DNA of 64,000 nt from Laetmonice hystrix (GCA_965235115.1 OZ249436.1:31932001-31996000); one strand, 5' to 3'; counted from the stretch's first letter, positions 12,166 through 25,855 are shown. The notes: a model not told the origin generated them from the letters alone. Made by a program: numbers and translations.

Positions 12166-13405
12166 AGTCTGGTAGAATGACTATGATTGGCAGTACCATG
12201 TCAGACAGTCTCGTAGAATGGGTATGATTGACAGTACCATGTCAGACAGTCTCGTAGAATGGGTATGATTGACAGTACCATGTCAGACAGTCTCGTAGAA
12301 TGGGTATGATTGACAGTACCATGTCAGACAGTCTCGTAGAATGGGTATGATTGACAGTACCATGTCAGACAGTCTCGTAGAATGGGTATGATTGACAGTA
12401 CCATGTCAGTCTCGTAGAATGGGTATGATTGACAGTACCATGTCAGACAGTCTCGTAGAATGGGTATGATTGACAGTACCATGTCAGTCTCGTAGAATGG
12501 GTATGATTGACAGTACCATGTCAGACAGTCTCGTAGAATGGGTATGATTGACAGTACCATGTCAGACAGTCTCGTAGAATGACTATGATTGGCAGTACCA
12601 TGTCAGACAGTCTCGTAGAATGGGTATGATTGACAGTACCATGTCAGTCTCGTAGAATGGGTATGATTGGCAGTACCATGTCAGTCTCGTAGAATGGGTA
12701 TGATTGGCAGTACCATGTCAGATCAGACAGTCTCGTAGAATGACTATGATTGGCAGTACCATGTCAGACAGTCTCGTAGAATGGGTATGATTGGCAGTAC
12801 CATGTCAGTCTCGTAGAATGGGTATGATTGACAGTACCATGTCAGTCTCGTAGAATGGGTATGATTGGCAGTACCATGTCAGACAGTCTCGTAGAATGGG
12901 TATGATTGACAGTACCATGTCAGACAGTCTCGTAGAATGGGTATGATTGACAGTACCATGTCAGTCTCGTAGAATGGGTATGATTGGTAGTACCATGTCA
13001 GACAGTCTCGTAGAATGGGTATGATTGGCAGTACCATGTCAGTCTCGTAGAATGGGTATGATTGGCAGTACCATGTCAGATCAGACAGTCTCGTAGAATG
13101 GGTATGATTGGTAGTACCATGTCAGACAGTCTCGTAGAATGGGTATGATTGGCAGTACCATGTCAGTCTCGTAGAATGGGTATGATTGGCAGTACCATGT
13201 CAGATCAGACAGTCTCGTAGAATGGGTATGATTGGCAGTACCATGTCAGACAGTCTCGTAGAATGGGTATGATTGGTAGTACCATGTCAGACAGTCTCGT
13301 AGAATGGGTATGATTGACAGTACCATGTCAGACAGTCTCGTAGAATGGGTATGATTGACAGTACCATGTCAGACAGTCTCGTAGAATGGGTATGATTGGT
13401 AGTAA
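12166..13405. repeat. 41-bp minisatellite GTAGAATGGGTATGATTGACAGTACCATGTCAGACAGTCTC with 37- and 46-bp variants, about 30 units
   Basis: Tandem units visible. Length variants come from loss of ACAG or gain of ATCAG. Degenerate copies lie on both flanks. Confidence 0.95.
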
Positions 13406-13865
13406 CCTTTCAAGAGTCTGGTAGAATGATTGATTGACAGTAACCTGTCCCCAAAGTTTATCAGAATGACTATGATTGAAAGTAATTCTTCACAAACAGT
13501 TGGGACACACCATGATAAAAAAAAAAACCGTTGTGACAGGCTGCTCCCATAATGACACAGCCAGACCAGACCAACTGTGAAAATGAATTGTCGGGCCATA
13601 ACATACCTTATCTTGTAAAGTTGGCGGTCTGTATTAACAAGCGTTTTCGTTCAACAATGCCTGTGAAAAAAGTCACTGGGGTAGCAGTGAAAGCCAGTTC
13701 CAACAGTATCCTCACCTCCCTTTCCCGAGACAAGCAAGCCCTCTATCAACCTGTAGTGGCACCCATCAAACCATCAGTCGCCACCCCTCAAAACAGCCCC
13801 ACTTCAGTTCTATGATTTGTAGTATGACCTCGTACTTCAGATTTCTCGTTCTCTCCACGGTGTTA

Positions 13866-14832
13866 TGGCTGGATCACACATAGCCGACCGATGGTTTCAG
13901 CCGATGCTGCACCCGTCGGTTGGCTGTCGCCTGACTCTCCTAACCAACCGATGGCCAACTGATCCTCATTTACATTAAAAATTGAATTACAATTTACATA
14001 GCCGATTTTTGATCCGATTCGTCATCAGCTGGCCGTCGCTGATGTGTAATCAGGGATTGGAGAGTCGGCTGGCTCAGCCGATGGTTCAGCCGACGACCAG
14101 TCAGCTTCCCTACCGATTGAATCAAATCATTTCGATTTTGTCGCTTGATCGGTTAACGCTCGGTTCGGTGGTGACTGAGGCGTTTCTAACCAAACGCCGC
14201 TTGATCACGTCAGCCGACTCGATGGTGTCCACACAAATATTCCAGGCAGAATAACATGGCTAGGCCGAAGTGTGACCCCAAAACGAGAGGACAACACTTG
14301 TTCTGTGACTCCTCCAACCTTGGATGCTTCTGCCGACCGATGACCAACGGATCATGCGATCAAGCGATAGCAAACCGATCACCAATTACATACAGCTGAG
14401 TGCCAACAGATCCTACTGCCAAATGTTAACCTATCCTACGACCGATCACCCCAGGGTGTCGTCTCATCAGGTGTGTTTCCTATATGGAATACAAAAGATA
14501 GACGATGAGGAGGTGGTTGCTTTTGGTGCCATTCGACTTGCTGCTGCAGCTTTCGCAATTCTGGGTAAAGATTATCCGCCAAACATTATTTTATGACTTC
14601 CTGTTTTGTTAGGCTTAGCCAGACCTACCCACCCTATACTGGCTACATAAACCTGACCAGCAAACCGATAATTCGGTTGGGCAGCCAATTGGTTGCGACG
14701 GCGGCTGAGCCAGCTGACGGTCAGCCGATACCTGATTACACAGCAGTGACATCGGCAGAAGGATCGGCTGGAGCAGTCGATGGTCAGCCGATGGCGAATC
14801 GGACAGAAAATCGGCTATGTGTGATCCAGCAT
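13866..14832. mobile_element. About 970-bp non-autonomous DNA transposon, PIF/Harbinger-like
   Basis: Perfect 20-bp inverted repeat GCTGGATCACACATAGCCGA (13868-13887 vs 14811-14830), TTA on both flanks. Degenerate internal inverted homology between 13996-14120 and 14670-14820, many CAGCCGA/TCGGCTG motifs, no transposase ORF. Confidence 0.8.
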
Positions 14833-17600
14833 TTAAACTGTGACACAAATCTTCACATCAAACACACCTGGGCACAAAACCTTACATTTAAGGCCATGGT
14901 ATAATAATTCCACTATTCCATTTAGAATTGCAGATCCTTAGCCCAAATGTTTTCTCTATGACCGAATCCAAAACACCAATCTCTGGACGATTCATTCATA
15001 AAGCCATCAAAATATACCATCATAGGCTGTGAGTTAATAGTAACCATACAAAATCATTATTATTCTGGCATACTTGCCTCTCCTCGATATTTCTATCTTG
15101 TTGAGCTCTGACTATGCGGTAATACTTGGGGCCAGTATGACAGTATACAACTTTTAACTGTTTTATCATCCTAAAGTCTTCTATGAAGAGTTTTTAAAAT
15201 CCCGATTCCTTTATGAATGAGCATGATATCAAACAATTCTTATAAATAGGCAGCGGTTTTTGTTTACTTGTCATTCTGGACCACTTTACCATTATCTTCA
15301 TTATAGGTGGGAGGTACTTACACTGAGCGAGACCTCAAAATGTTCACTGCAGTCTATAGCGACACCTAAAGATGTTTGCTGCAGTAAATTTCAGCATCAT
15401 TTTTGGGGCACCATTTTTGTTTATTCAAAAACTACGAATACGAATTCCCTTGAAAAAAAAATTAGCCTAAGGCCATACATGATATTCACTTTACTCACAG
15501 CAATCATATCTCGGTGTATACTTTTGTAAATAGTAGCATAACGTTATGTTTGAACTGTCACAAGTCGGCCGGTCACATTCTGGTCACATCCTCGTGACCA
15601 CTTAAACACGTTGTTTCAGTCATCAAGACTCCGAAACGGGTGCCTCCAGAATTCATCCACCCATCTTTAGTGCTTTTAAATCAAACAAGACCTAATCAAG
15701 TACTCGGGGACCCAATAACAACTATCTGATTAAATATAATATTGGCTTTTATTGAAGAGAACCTCCCTCAAATTGCTTGAGGAGCCCGCAGGTAAAGGAC
15801 ATGACACTTCACCTGTGAAAACCCACGTCTCATTTGCAGCTAATTCATAGTGTGTGTTTTCCAATTTTTCAAACCATCGAAATGTGCCATGACGTGTTTC
15901 ATATAGGAACATCACGATATGCCACTTCAAAAATATTAAAATCTCTGGCCCCAACCCCTCGCACTATCTCTATACAGTATACTACTGAGAGCGACCCTAA
16001 TATTGGTTTAAATCCGACCGGGACAGGTTTGTTCAGGCTCTTGAAATTCCTACAAACACAGATTCCTTTTTTATACTTTATGAACATCACGGTAATGACA
16101 TTCTAGTCTTATAACATTCATCTGCATAATTAATACTGTAGGGAACTGTAAGGAGCAAATGGAGACATGGCAAGAGATGTTGATAAAAAGTAAGGATGAT
16201 GAGAAAAAATTAGATGAGTAGACAGGTCAGAGGGGCACAGGCAAGCAAGAGAGTGTGGCCTCAGGACAAGAAGACAGACAACCGGCAGGACACCTACAGT
16301 CGTGATATCAAGGTCAAGGCTTGTAGTAGTCTATTAATATTGAAAGGAAGCAAAGAAAGAGAGATAGTGAAAGATGCGGTTCGCTGGGCATGGTCTATGC
16401 TCTAGTTGTTGTTGTTATCCGTGCACAATATGTAAATGTGTGCCTTCTACCACCTTCAGACAATTACTGCTGCTACGCTCGAGAGGTGGTAATCAGAACC
16501 CTTAGTGTAATGATCTCCCATTTAGAAAAAGGATCCCGCCCACTAGCAGACGGTAACAGACACCCCTTCCCCTACCCATTCTTCCATACCAGCAAACATG
16601 TGCCAACATGACTGCCCACTTACAACCAGTACCGATACCAGCCAACCATTGGCACCCTCACCAATATTCGCTTACAGCCTTTCAAACCACAACTCATGTT
16701 CCGAAAAGTCCGAACACCTCAGCCCGACAGAATCCCCACATGATGATAATTTTTCTTAACTTAAGCTAAAACAAGTACACTGTGACCTGCTTCTTAATCC
16801 AAGGTTTGCTGACTTTGAACTGGTCAAAACCATTAATAATGTAACACCACCAATGATAATAATACTACTAAATAATACAAAGAAGAATAAGAAAAATATT
16901 GATTTCATAATGCCCTGGTTTTCTAGGGCAGATCATACTGGCACACCATAACTTCCCGACTCAAACATTTTCAACGAAAGATAATCGGGTGATTCAAGGA
17001 AGAATTCAAGTACATAAGGAGATGGTAGGCAACCAGATAGAGAGATCTCTGGAGTGGGGCCCCTGCTGGCTGCGGCCGCTGGATTTCCTAGGTACCACGG
17101 CAGATCTTGATCAAGTAGAACTGGTGCAGGTGGTGATGAAGTACGGGCAGAAGAAAGGGCCTACCTCTGTAGAGCAGTGCCTTGCCGTGGCGTCCCGTGT
17201 TCCAAGTGGAGGTGGGTGGGGGGACTGACAAGGGGATTGGGGGGCTGCAGGCGTGCCATACCAACAGCTAAATACCCGTACATCACACAGACACAACATC
17301 AAGTCAGCAACACCACCACCAGCACCGCCGGTATCACTACCATATCAACACCACCACCACCACCATCACCCCAACTACCATGTTCTACATATCGATGGCG
17401 GCCTCCTCCTCTCCAGGGCGCTGGCGTCGGCCCTACTTCTCCTCCTGCTTTCTCTGCTCATCGTGATTAGCAACGGTGGCCCCAGTACTGGAGGCACGGG
17501 TGATTAACACTGACTTGGTCGGTTTGGGGGAAAACAGCGAGATACGGGGCGTGTGAGTGTAAGGGGGTATGGGGAGTGGAATATTTCTGGGGCTACCTAC

Positions 17601-17687
17601 CGCGGGTGTCTTGGTCATCTTCTATCGTAGTACTGCTGTCGGTGGATTCCTTGATGCCATCGTTCTTCCTCACTATCATACTACGGC
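17601..17687 (-). CDS. CaMKII: CaMKII linker exon (S)RSMIVRKNDGIKESTDSSTTIEDDQDTR
   Basis: 87 nt, ttgcag/gtaggt ends, phase 1-1, contains the conserved KESTDSSTTIEDD linker motif. Confidence 0.95.
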
Positions 17688-20600
17688 CTGCAAGCATACA
17701 TCAACTCCTCACTTAGTGAACACGACAGGGTGGGTAGGGGACAGCCCCAAACAACACATCTCCGTCCACCTTCAGACTGCCCCTGCTGTGGAGACGCCCA
17801 AGGCTTCCCCTACGGGATACAATCCAACGCTATAACAACGGCAGTGTCACAATTACATAACCCTGCAACAACAGTGGTTAACAGACAAATATAAATAACA
17901 CGTCAACGGTTCAATGCCATTGGCATTACTCAACAAATCATTCATGTGAAATCAAACAAAGTATATGTGAGATTTTACAAATAATGCTCTAGTCGTTAAC
18001 TGGGACGGCAAAAATAATCTTCATCGTATTCAAATATCGACTGTAGTCAATCTATGTCCGTCAAATCATTGGGTATATTACTGAGGTTTAGAGAGTGTTC
18101 ATTGTCGCTTCCTGGTGAAGATTAACTGGTTTAACTCAAACCATAAATCAAAGATCAGATGTCTGCTTCATTCTGAAAACACTTGCATAAATCAAAAGTC
18201 TAAATTCATTCCAGAGTAACGCACCCAAAGGTCGTTCAAGTACACACATCGAATTCATCATGACGGCGCCACCCACACCCAACTCTTCTGGCCGCCGTCA
18301 ACTCAATAAAGTGCATGTTCTCATCCTTACTCATCCATAATGTCCTTCTCACAATTACCTTCGTCCATGGGCGGCCCAATATTATCTGGGCCACCCCTGG
18401 GTGTCATAAGTAGAGCCCATTTAGTTATAATATTTCTACAGCGGGTCGCAGCAGTGATTTTTGAATTGGCTCGCTGAGTGATTCGGAGCCAGGACTGATT
18501 GCTGAAGATGACAGATCTTCGATGAAGGACCATCTGCTCTGGCTACCATCAATACTTATAGTCCGAGCAGACGGAAGTGATCTGGGCAGGAGAATCCCTG
18601 CTCGGTTCTACACAAAATCGGATGAAATTTGAATGACTCCAGAATAAGAGGCGTGTGAATATATCTATTTGTCACATCCCTCGAGAGCGACTGAATTCAA
18701 TTTACAAATAAGATCATGACAGCAATCTCATTTGGTCCATGTGTCTGGCTTGACTGGAGGTACACATTGCCAGTTCCCAGTAATGATATAGTAGTTGTAA
18801 AGTTGTAAACCAGGCTACCCCTACTACCCCTCTTTCCCGACCTACCGCGTCTCTTCCGTGCCGCGCTATCAACGTTACGCCGACGCTGCAGGATCCCCAT
18901 TTTTATAGACTACTATCAAAACGCTTCCCTCAGTGCCGCGTTTTAATCGTACGACAATGGCGACTACACCTGCTGTGTCCTGGCCGCTGGAATCTAGCTG
19001 CCTTTCTAAGCTTGGCGTCTCTTTACCACATGACGGACAACAACTGGCCACGGGTCTGTAGTACCCAGGGACACACACGTCGTGCTGAACAACATTAGTG
19101 TTCACATTAGGCCTGGCTTTTACGCCAACATGATCCATCCTCAATTTTAAAATGATTCATTCTCGACTCGGCTTAACCAAACATGACAAACAGGCCATAC
19201 GGGTTGGTAGATTGGTTCCTGACTTTCAGCGAATCCAGGCGCCGGATTGCAATGAGCGACGGCCTGACAGAACAGATTGGCGGGGAACCTTAGCTAAAAT
19301 CCCCGTCCCCGCACAGACATCACAACTGTTCGGGTTTCTCTATTTACCCTTGTTCACTCTCAAAGTATTTGCATCTACTGCGACCGGAATGTCTGATAGT
19401 ATGTACATGAAAGACTATCCCCTCTATGGTACAACTCTATGGTACAACCAAGTCTAGAAGCAGCAACAGGAACACCGTCCACTTATAATCTACCACAACA
19501 CTACACGCACCCACACACTCCTTTCGCGGAAAGCCAACCAACAGTAAAACAAAAATCATTCCTGTTAATCATGCAGAAGCTTTCACCACACAGATTTCTC
19601 ACTTGTCATTACAACACAATACTCGTGGGGAATCATCATTGCTCACTGATCTCACGCTGGAAGCATACGTAGCTCAGTTTATCATTAGTTGCACGGTTAT
19701 CAAACCTTCCTAAGTCCTTGCTCACTCAAGCGGCTGGCTGCTTGAAAAAAACCCAACCCGACCATTATTACTTACCCAGACGGTCGGCGATCGGATCACT
19801 ATATTTAGTAAAACCATGCCGTGAGATCAGAGGATAAGAGCGAACCGTCGCAGTCTGGCTCCTATCAACATCATCACGTTTTCTATTTCTGCGCACGTGT
19901 TCGCAAACAACCCACACACACACACTCTTGACAGAGGCAAACACGACCTAGATCCACACCATTCTACGTCTCCATTTCACATTATTTGTGCCCTTACTTC
20001 TACTAGCGGCACACCACCCCTCTTCAGTGATTTCTTTGGGGAGAAAAGGGCTCGCCTCAAATCAAAGGGATCGAAAAGCACACGTCAACACGACAGGCTA
20101 CCTTCAATACAGGCAAAGTGCCTCTCCATAATATGAAAGTGAAATGGCAACAGGCATGGGTGGATTGATGGATCTCTTCATCCCGTAACTCTAAGCGAAT
20201 CTCTCTCCTTGCCAATGACGCCCAAATTGAGCGGCCTTTACGGATCAGTTTAACAAACTGATATTCATGCACTCCTGGGGCTTATAAATATACAATGTAC
20301 CGTAAAAACGTCTCTGACAGAAACTAGTCCATCTAGAGAAACGGCAATAACACTACAAGGAGGTTGACAGCGGTTTGAGGGCATGGGTGGGGAAGATCAA
20401 CACTGAATGCAAATGCAGACTTTTCTACTGCGTAACTCCATTATTCATCTATTTTGGCAGGCAGGAGAAATAACCTTTGCTCGGCCGTAAATTAGTCCCA
20501 TCACCAGTGGTACATATATGCATCAAAACCGATATGAGGGTAACAAAAGTTCATCCACTATGGCACCCACCCCCCGCCGTGGGGTAAGAGAGATAGCCAT

Positions 20601-23600
20601 CAGAAACCGCTCAGATATAAGGACAACCTACAGTTTTCACCGAGAATCACCAATGAGACAATAAAGATTAAAGAGGATTTACATGTTGAATAAACAGCGA
20701 GAAATTTTACCGTTTTCCGACCTACTGTCCCCGGGCGCGACCGTTAAGATACTTAGTAAAAAGTAACTTCAATCATTTTTCAACAATAGGTGGGCGGTGT
20801 GTGATGGTGCGAGACATTTTTGATCTCTCTCTCTCCGTCTCACTCTCCCTCAGGCCCCAATCCTATGCTCCCATTGTGACGCTGTGGGTGAGGAAGTTGC
20901 ATCGGTTACTCAGGCAAGGCGCGGGGGGGGGGGGGGCAAACAGACGTCATAAAAATGACCAACCGGCAGAACAAGCACAACTTACACACGAGTCCGGAGA
21001 TGTCTTTGGTGCTTGGAGCACTTTTCCTGTTGTCTGTAAAGTCAGGGCATGCGTTTTTCAGACAAGTACACTTGAGAATCCAAAGATGGATTTTTTCCCT
21101 CACAAAAGCCGAACCTATGAAATACATGTCTGTAAATGGTACATATCCCGTCACACACTCACCCCCACCCTGACTCTCCACCCTAGCAGCCAGACACACT
21201 CTAGGCGAGGGACACTGTCGCCCTGTGGATGGACGGACGAAGATCTGGGCAGGCCATTAGCACGGGCCCGTGTAGCGTCTCCCTACTTTGTCCCTCATCC
21301 ATTACCATAAGGCTCTATCATTACTACTGGTGGCGCCCCTGCCATTCCACACTCATCATCCATACCACAGTCACCACACACGCTGCCCCATCCGGGACAA
21401 CCCTCCTCGGCTTGCCAATCACCCCCCCCCCCCCCCAACACACACACAAACTCGTGGGTCAATACAAACAGTGCTAACCTAACTGACACCAAACCTTGTA
21501 CACCAATACCGATCCCAATCCCGGGGGCCATCTCTACCATGGCTGACAGTGCTATTGATATTACCACATAACAACTGTTAGCAGCCATGAGGTTCCCGCT
21601 GCTTCGTTACTATATAACATTATATCTTATATTTTATACAGGCCTATTCAAGAGAATTCCATTCATGATGCAACACCTAATAACAATGACTGAGAGATGC
21701 TATATTCATGGACTTTTGGCAACAGGCTAACTGGAAAATGACGACCTATTACAACCGCTTTGAACAAGTGTCTCCGAGGATGTTCGTCATATTGTACATG
21801 AAATTATTTTGTTCCTCCCCGCATGGGAAGGTCATAAATATGGCAGATGTACATGCACGGCTTTATGTTCCTTTTACGAGACTTCCATTGTGTGTATGGC
21901 AGAACGCTTCAGGCTGAAGATAAATATTTGAAAGTCACAGTGGCTATGGGATTGGTACTATACTGGTACCGATATAGGGATGTGGCACACAGGTAACAAC
22001 AGAGGGTCTTTCCAAGTGTTGGTTAGGATGGAGTTGTTTGAAACACATTCTTCTCTCCATGCAAACCAAACAAAAAGCAAACATAACTTTGTTATTCTAG
22101 TTTCGACAACTCTGCAGCAGGTTGATACCCCGAATTAACTGCACAATTTCTGCACATTTGGGAATCTACTCATAGCTTAACTATTCCAGGTTACGGTTAT
22201 CCGAAATTAGGTCATGTAATCCGTATCAATAAATGAACATCACCGACCATGCTCTGCTTTGTCTGTACAAACAAGAGGACAAAGCTCATTGACAAATATT
22301 GCTAGTGGCATCGACGCCTGTACAGAATATAAATTGGCACTTCTGTCTAACTTGGCCATGGATATTTCCTCTCCTCTATTTACTCAGGCATGTCTGTATT
22401 CCTCCCCCGATATCTCAACGCCTACACGAGGAATGATGATCCACGAAAGGCACGATCCACCAGAATCTAACCTAGCGGAGAATAAACCATTAAGATCACC
22501 ACAGCCGATACACATACAGAACGTACGAATTTACCGAGTAGATGGTCAACATAAAGCTCTCGGTGACTCGGAAGAATTCGGTGGAGTTTTATTAATGTAG
22601 TGCGCTGCTGCCAGTTCCTTTACATTTATGCAGGTGAAGGGAGTCGGCGTCATTATTCTTAATCAATCTCCACGGATCAATTACCCAAACAGTCCTAATC
22701 AGAAAATGGAGTTTCATCAATCACCATTATTCCAATCCAAAGAGGGTCGGGTGTGTCAAGAGGGTCACACTGACTGGGACTGACAGCCAAGGGGCAGCAG
22801 GCGGGAGGTGGGCGGACTGGTTGCAGTACAGGCCCTCTTTCATTGTACCATCATGTATCTTCCAATTACTTCCTTGTCTTCAGTACAGTGGGACCTTGTG
22901 CCGCCAAGCGGTGTTCTCAGATGGGTAAAGCCATCAGACTGACGTGTTCCAAGTTATTGGAATTCATGCTGGGCAGCTGACCCATCTGTTTCCTACCTGC
23001 TTGTCTACGCCGCGTGTGTCCTGCATACAGACCCAACCACCGGCTATACTACTAAACTATCGGCTACTACTAAACTACCGGCTACCGAGAGTACGTCAGG
23101 ATCAACAAGAGCTATTCGGCCAGTTCGCCATCCATACTGACTGCACATTCAGCCAGCAAAGAGGCAAGCTAACCTGCAATGCTAGCAGTTCGACTTCTGA
23201 ACCACACCAACTCAGACTCACAACGCCATCAAAGAAAATTCTCATTACATTTTGCTGCTAGCACTGCTCTCTGCGTTCTATAAGTATAAGCACACTGCAC
23301 ACAAGTCCCAGGAGAGGTCAGTCGGTAACGTTCAAGATGAAGCACCAATTGTACTGGGCCAACCAACCGGGAACTGGCCTCCTGTCCTCTTGTACATCAG
23401 TCCTACTAAAACTGATAGCTGCCACTCAGCATTAGAACAAGGGAATTCTATATTGTACAGAGGCCAACTCTAACAGTAACACTGCAATGTCAACTGCTAG
23501 TGGGCCGGGGGGAAGATGGTGGATGGAGTTGATGCAGGGGGGCTGGGAGAAATATGCTTCTACTCCAGTGTGTAAGTAAGTGCTCCTATTTATATTTCTT

Positions 23601-24574
23601 GTTTGTTTTGGCAGTATATTGATAGCGTAGCTCAGTATATTCTGGTGCAGACTGGGTATTTGATGCCAGCTACCGACATGTTAACAGTAACGTTATCTGT
23701 CCCATCTCCGAGACGCCAGCTAATGTCCTCCTGCCGGCCGACTGCTTCCCCCTCCCCCCGTCCCGTCTCACCCCCTGCTGCCGGCCCGGCCGGGTGTGTG
23801 TGTGAGACATGAATCCAGTGGCCACCACCAGAATGGTGGGTGCCGTACTGCAGACAGCCAGGAGCGAAGCGACTGACACCAACGCCGCCCCACCCACTGT
23901 CCCGCCAATCCATCCGACAATAATTATTGCAGTCGTACTCACCATCATCATCTTCGTCCTTTTTGTCCAGCAAACTCATAACTCTCCGTAGTAAATCCAT
24001 TGAGCCGTGCTGGGCCAGCCATCCCCGGCACCACCACGAGCAATGTACCGAACAGTGTACCTGCTACACTTCCTCTGTCCCACAACCCATTACATAAGAG
24101 AATCCGTGGCCCGAATCGGCGGCGCTGGGCCGCTCCGACACATTCCGAGTGGTGCTGATGATGGTGGTGCCGATGGTGCGCGGCCGACCGCCGCTGGTGC
24201 ACGAGGCCCTCGGTGCAGTACTGCCAGAGGCTCCTGACTGCATATGGCAGCTACCACACCACCCCGCTGCACATGCTAGCGCATAATGTAGATTTTCGCC
24301 TCAATAGTTGGACCACTCGAGTCGCTGTTGACCCTTCGGAGACAAGACGGCCGTGTGCGGTCAGTGGGCTGCAGCGAGCGGAGCCATCCAACAGGTGTGG
24401 AACACTGGCCACCGTCTGAGACTCTTCCTTCCTTCCTCCCCAGCCGGTGGCCCGTCGTTGGTCGGAAACTATCAGTCACACCCAGCACTGGCGGCGGGGA
24501 TCGGTACACCACTGGGTAATGGTCACACTCCAACTGACACGGATCCGTTCGCCATTAGACCAACTGATCTCAGT

Positions 24575-24955
24575 ACCCCCACCGGTACCTCCGCACCCCC
24601 GCCGGTACCTCCGCACCCCCGCCGGTACCTCCGCACCCTCGCTGGTACCTCGGCACCCTAGCACCCTCGCCGGTACCTCCTACCCCCGCCGATACCTCCG
24701 CACCCCCGCCGGTACCTCCGCACCCTCGCCGGTACCTCCTACCCCCGCCGGTACCTCCTATCCCCGCCGGTACCTCCGCAGCCCCGCTGGTACCTCCGCA
24801 CCCTAGCACCCTCGCTGGTACCTCCGCACCCTCGCTGGTACCTCCGCACCCCCGCCGGTACCTCCGCAACCCCGCCGGTACCTCCGCACCCCCGCCGGTA
24901 CCTCCGCACCCTCGCTGGTACCTCCGCACCCTCGCTGGTACCTCCGCACCCCAGC
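24575..24955. repeat. 20-bp GC-rich minisatellite GCCGGTACCTCCGCACCCCC, about 19 units
   Basis: Tandem units with a GGTACC core. Source of ORFs at 24353-25109. Confidence 0.92.
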
Positions 24956-25855
24956 ACTCACGCCAGTTTCGGGTGGATGAATGTGTACGGTTACATCCAA
25001 CCTTCCTTCTGAAACACCTTGCCACCTGTCGACATCGATGCCTCGGCTGGCCGCCAGAAATTCCAGGCCAACCAATACCACAGTGCCAATCCACACGAAT
25101 ACCACACAATAAGCTAACCGATCCGCCTGACGACGCCCCTGATACCGCCTCGAGCCTTCAGTATATATAGGTCATTCGGGGTCACACTGGGCACTGCAGG
25201 TGGCAAGGTCGTGGATATATTCGAGGAATTCAATCAGAGAAGTCCCATGGTCTTTCTTGGCAGGACCTGCAGGTTGGGAGGTCGCGAGACGGTTGCGTCC
25301 ATTCGATGAGACAGCAGAGCTCTTGATTAATAACGTGGACTGATTTTCTGCTGGGGGAGGGACGGGTGGGCGTACATGTGGCTGCCTGCCTGTCTGGCTT
25401 GCTGATGAACAGGTGGTTGTCATGGAGATGGGTCACACGAACGCGCCTGGACTGTCCTTCCATGTCGCCCCCTGCCAGGACAGGCCAAAGCGTCAACACT
25501 CCACTGTCTGTGAGCAACCAAAGTTCTGTCACAGACACATCTAAAGTCATCGACCCTGCCCGTTAACATTGGGGCTCCCAAAATGATGAAAGCTCAACCT
25601 TTCCCGGGTTAGTTTCCTAGAAAACTGAACGCATCCACAATAGGCGATATGTCTATTGCTTTCCTTAAAGGTTACTGATAACTGAAAGATTAGGGCAATG
25701 GACTGCAATGGAATCAAGGTGTGCTCACCCAAAATGCTTGGTGTGCCACGGTTGAGGGGGAAACGTCCATGAACTCGGGTTCAAACCAGGAGGCAAGGGG
25801 GAGGGGGTTGTGTCGGTGGGGGGTAGGGTTGTCGGGGTTCAGCCAGTCCACATAC

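Noticed and set aside
15078..15107. 30-nt symmetric exon ELNKIEISRR with a GC donor (GAG|GCAAGT)
   Set aside because: Needs a non-canonical donor and has almost no pyrimidine tract.
17253..17507. Plus-strand His7 and Leu-rich membrane-like ORF
   Set aside because: Starts at GTG. His7 is a CAC microsatellite and the Leu run is the antisense shadow of a purine-rich minus-strand segment.
19776..19950. Strong donor TGG|GTAAGT with an upstream hydrophobic-then-basic open frame
   Set aside because: No ATG and no phase-1 acceptor in that frame. The nearby ATG frame stops in the next exon. A UTR exon cannot be excluded but is unsupported.
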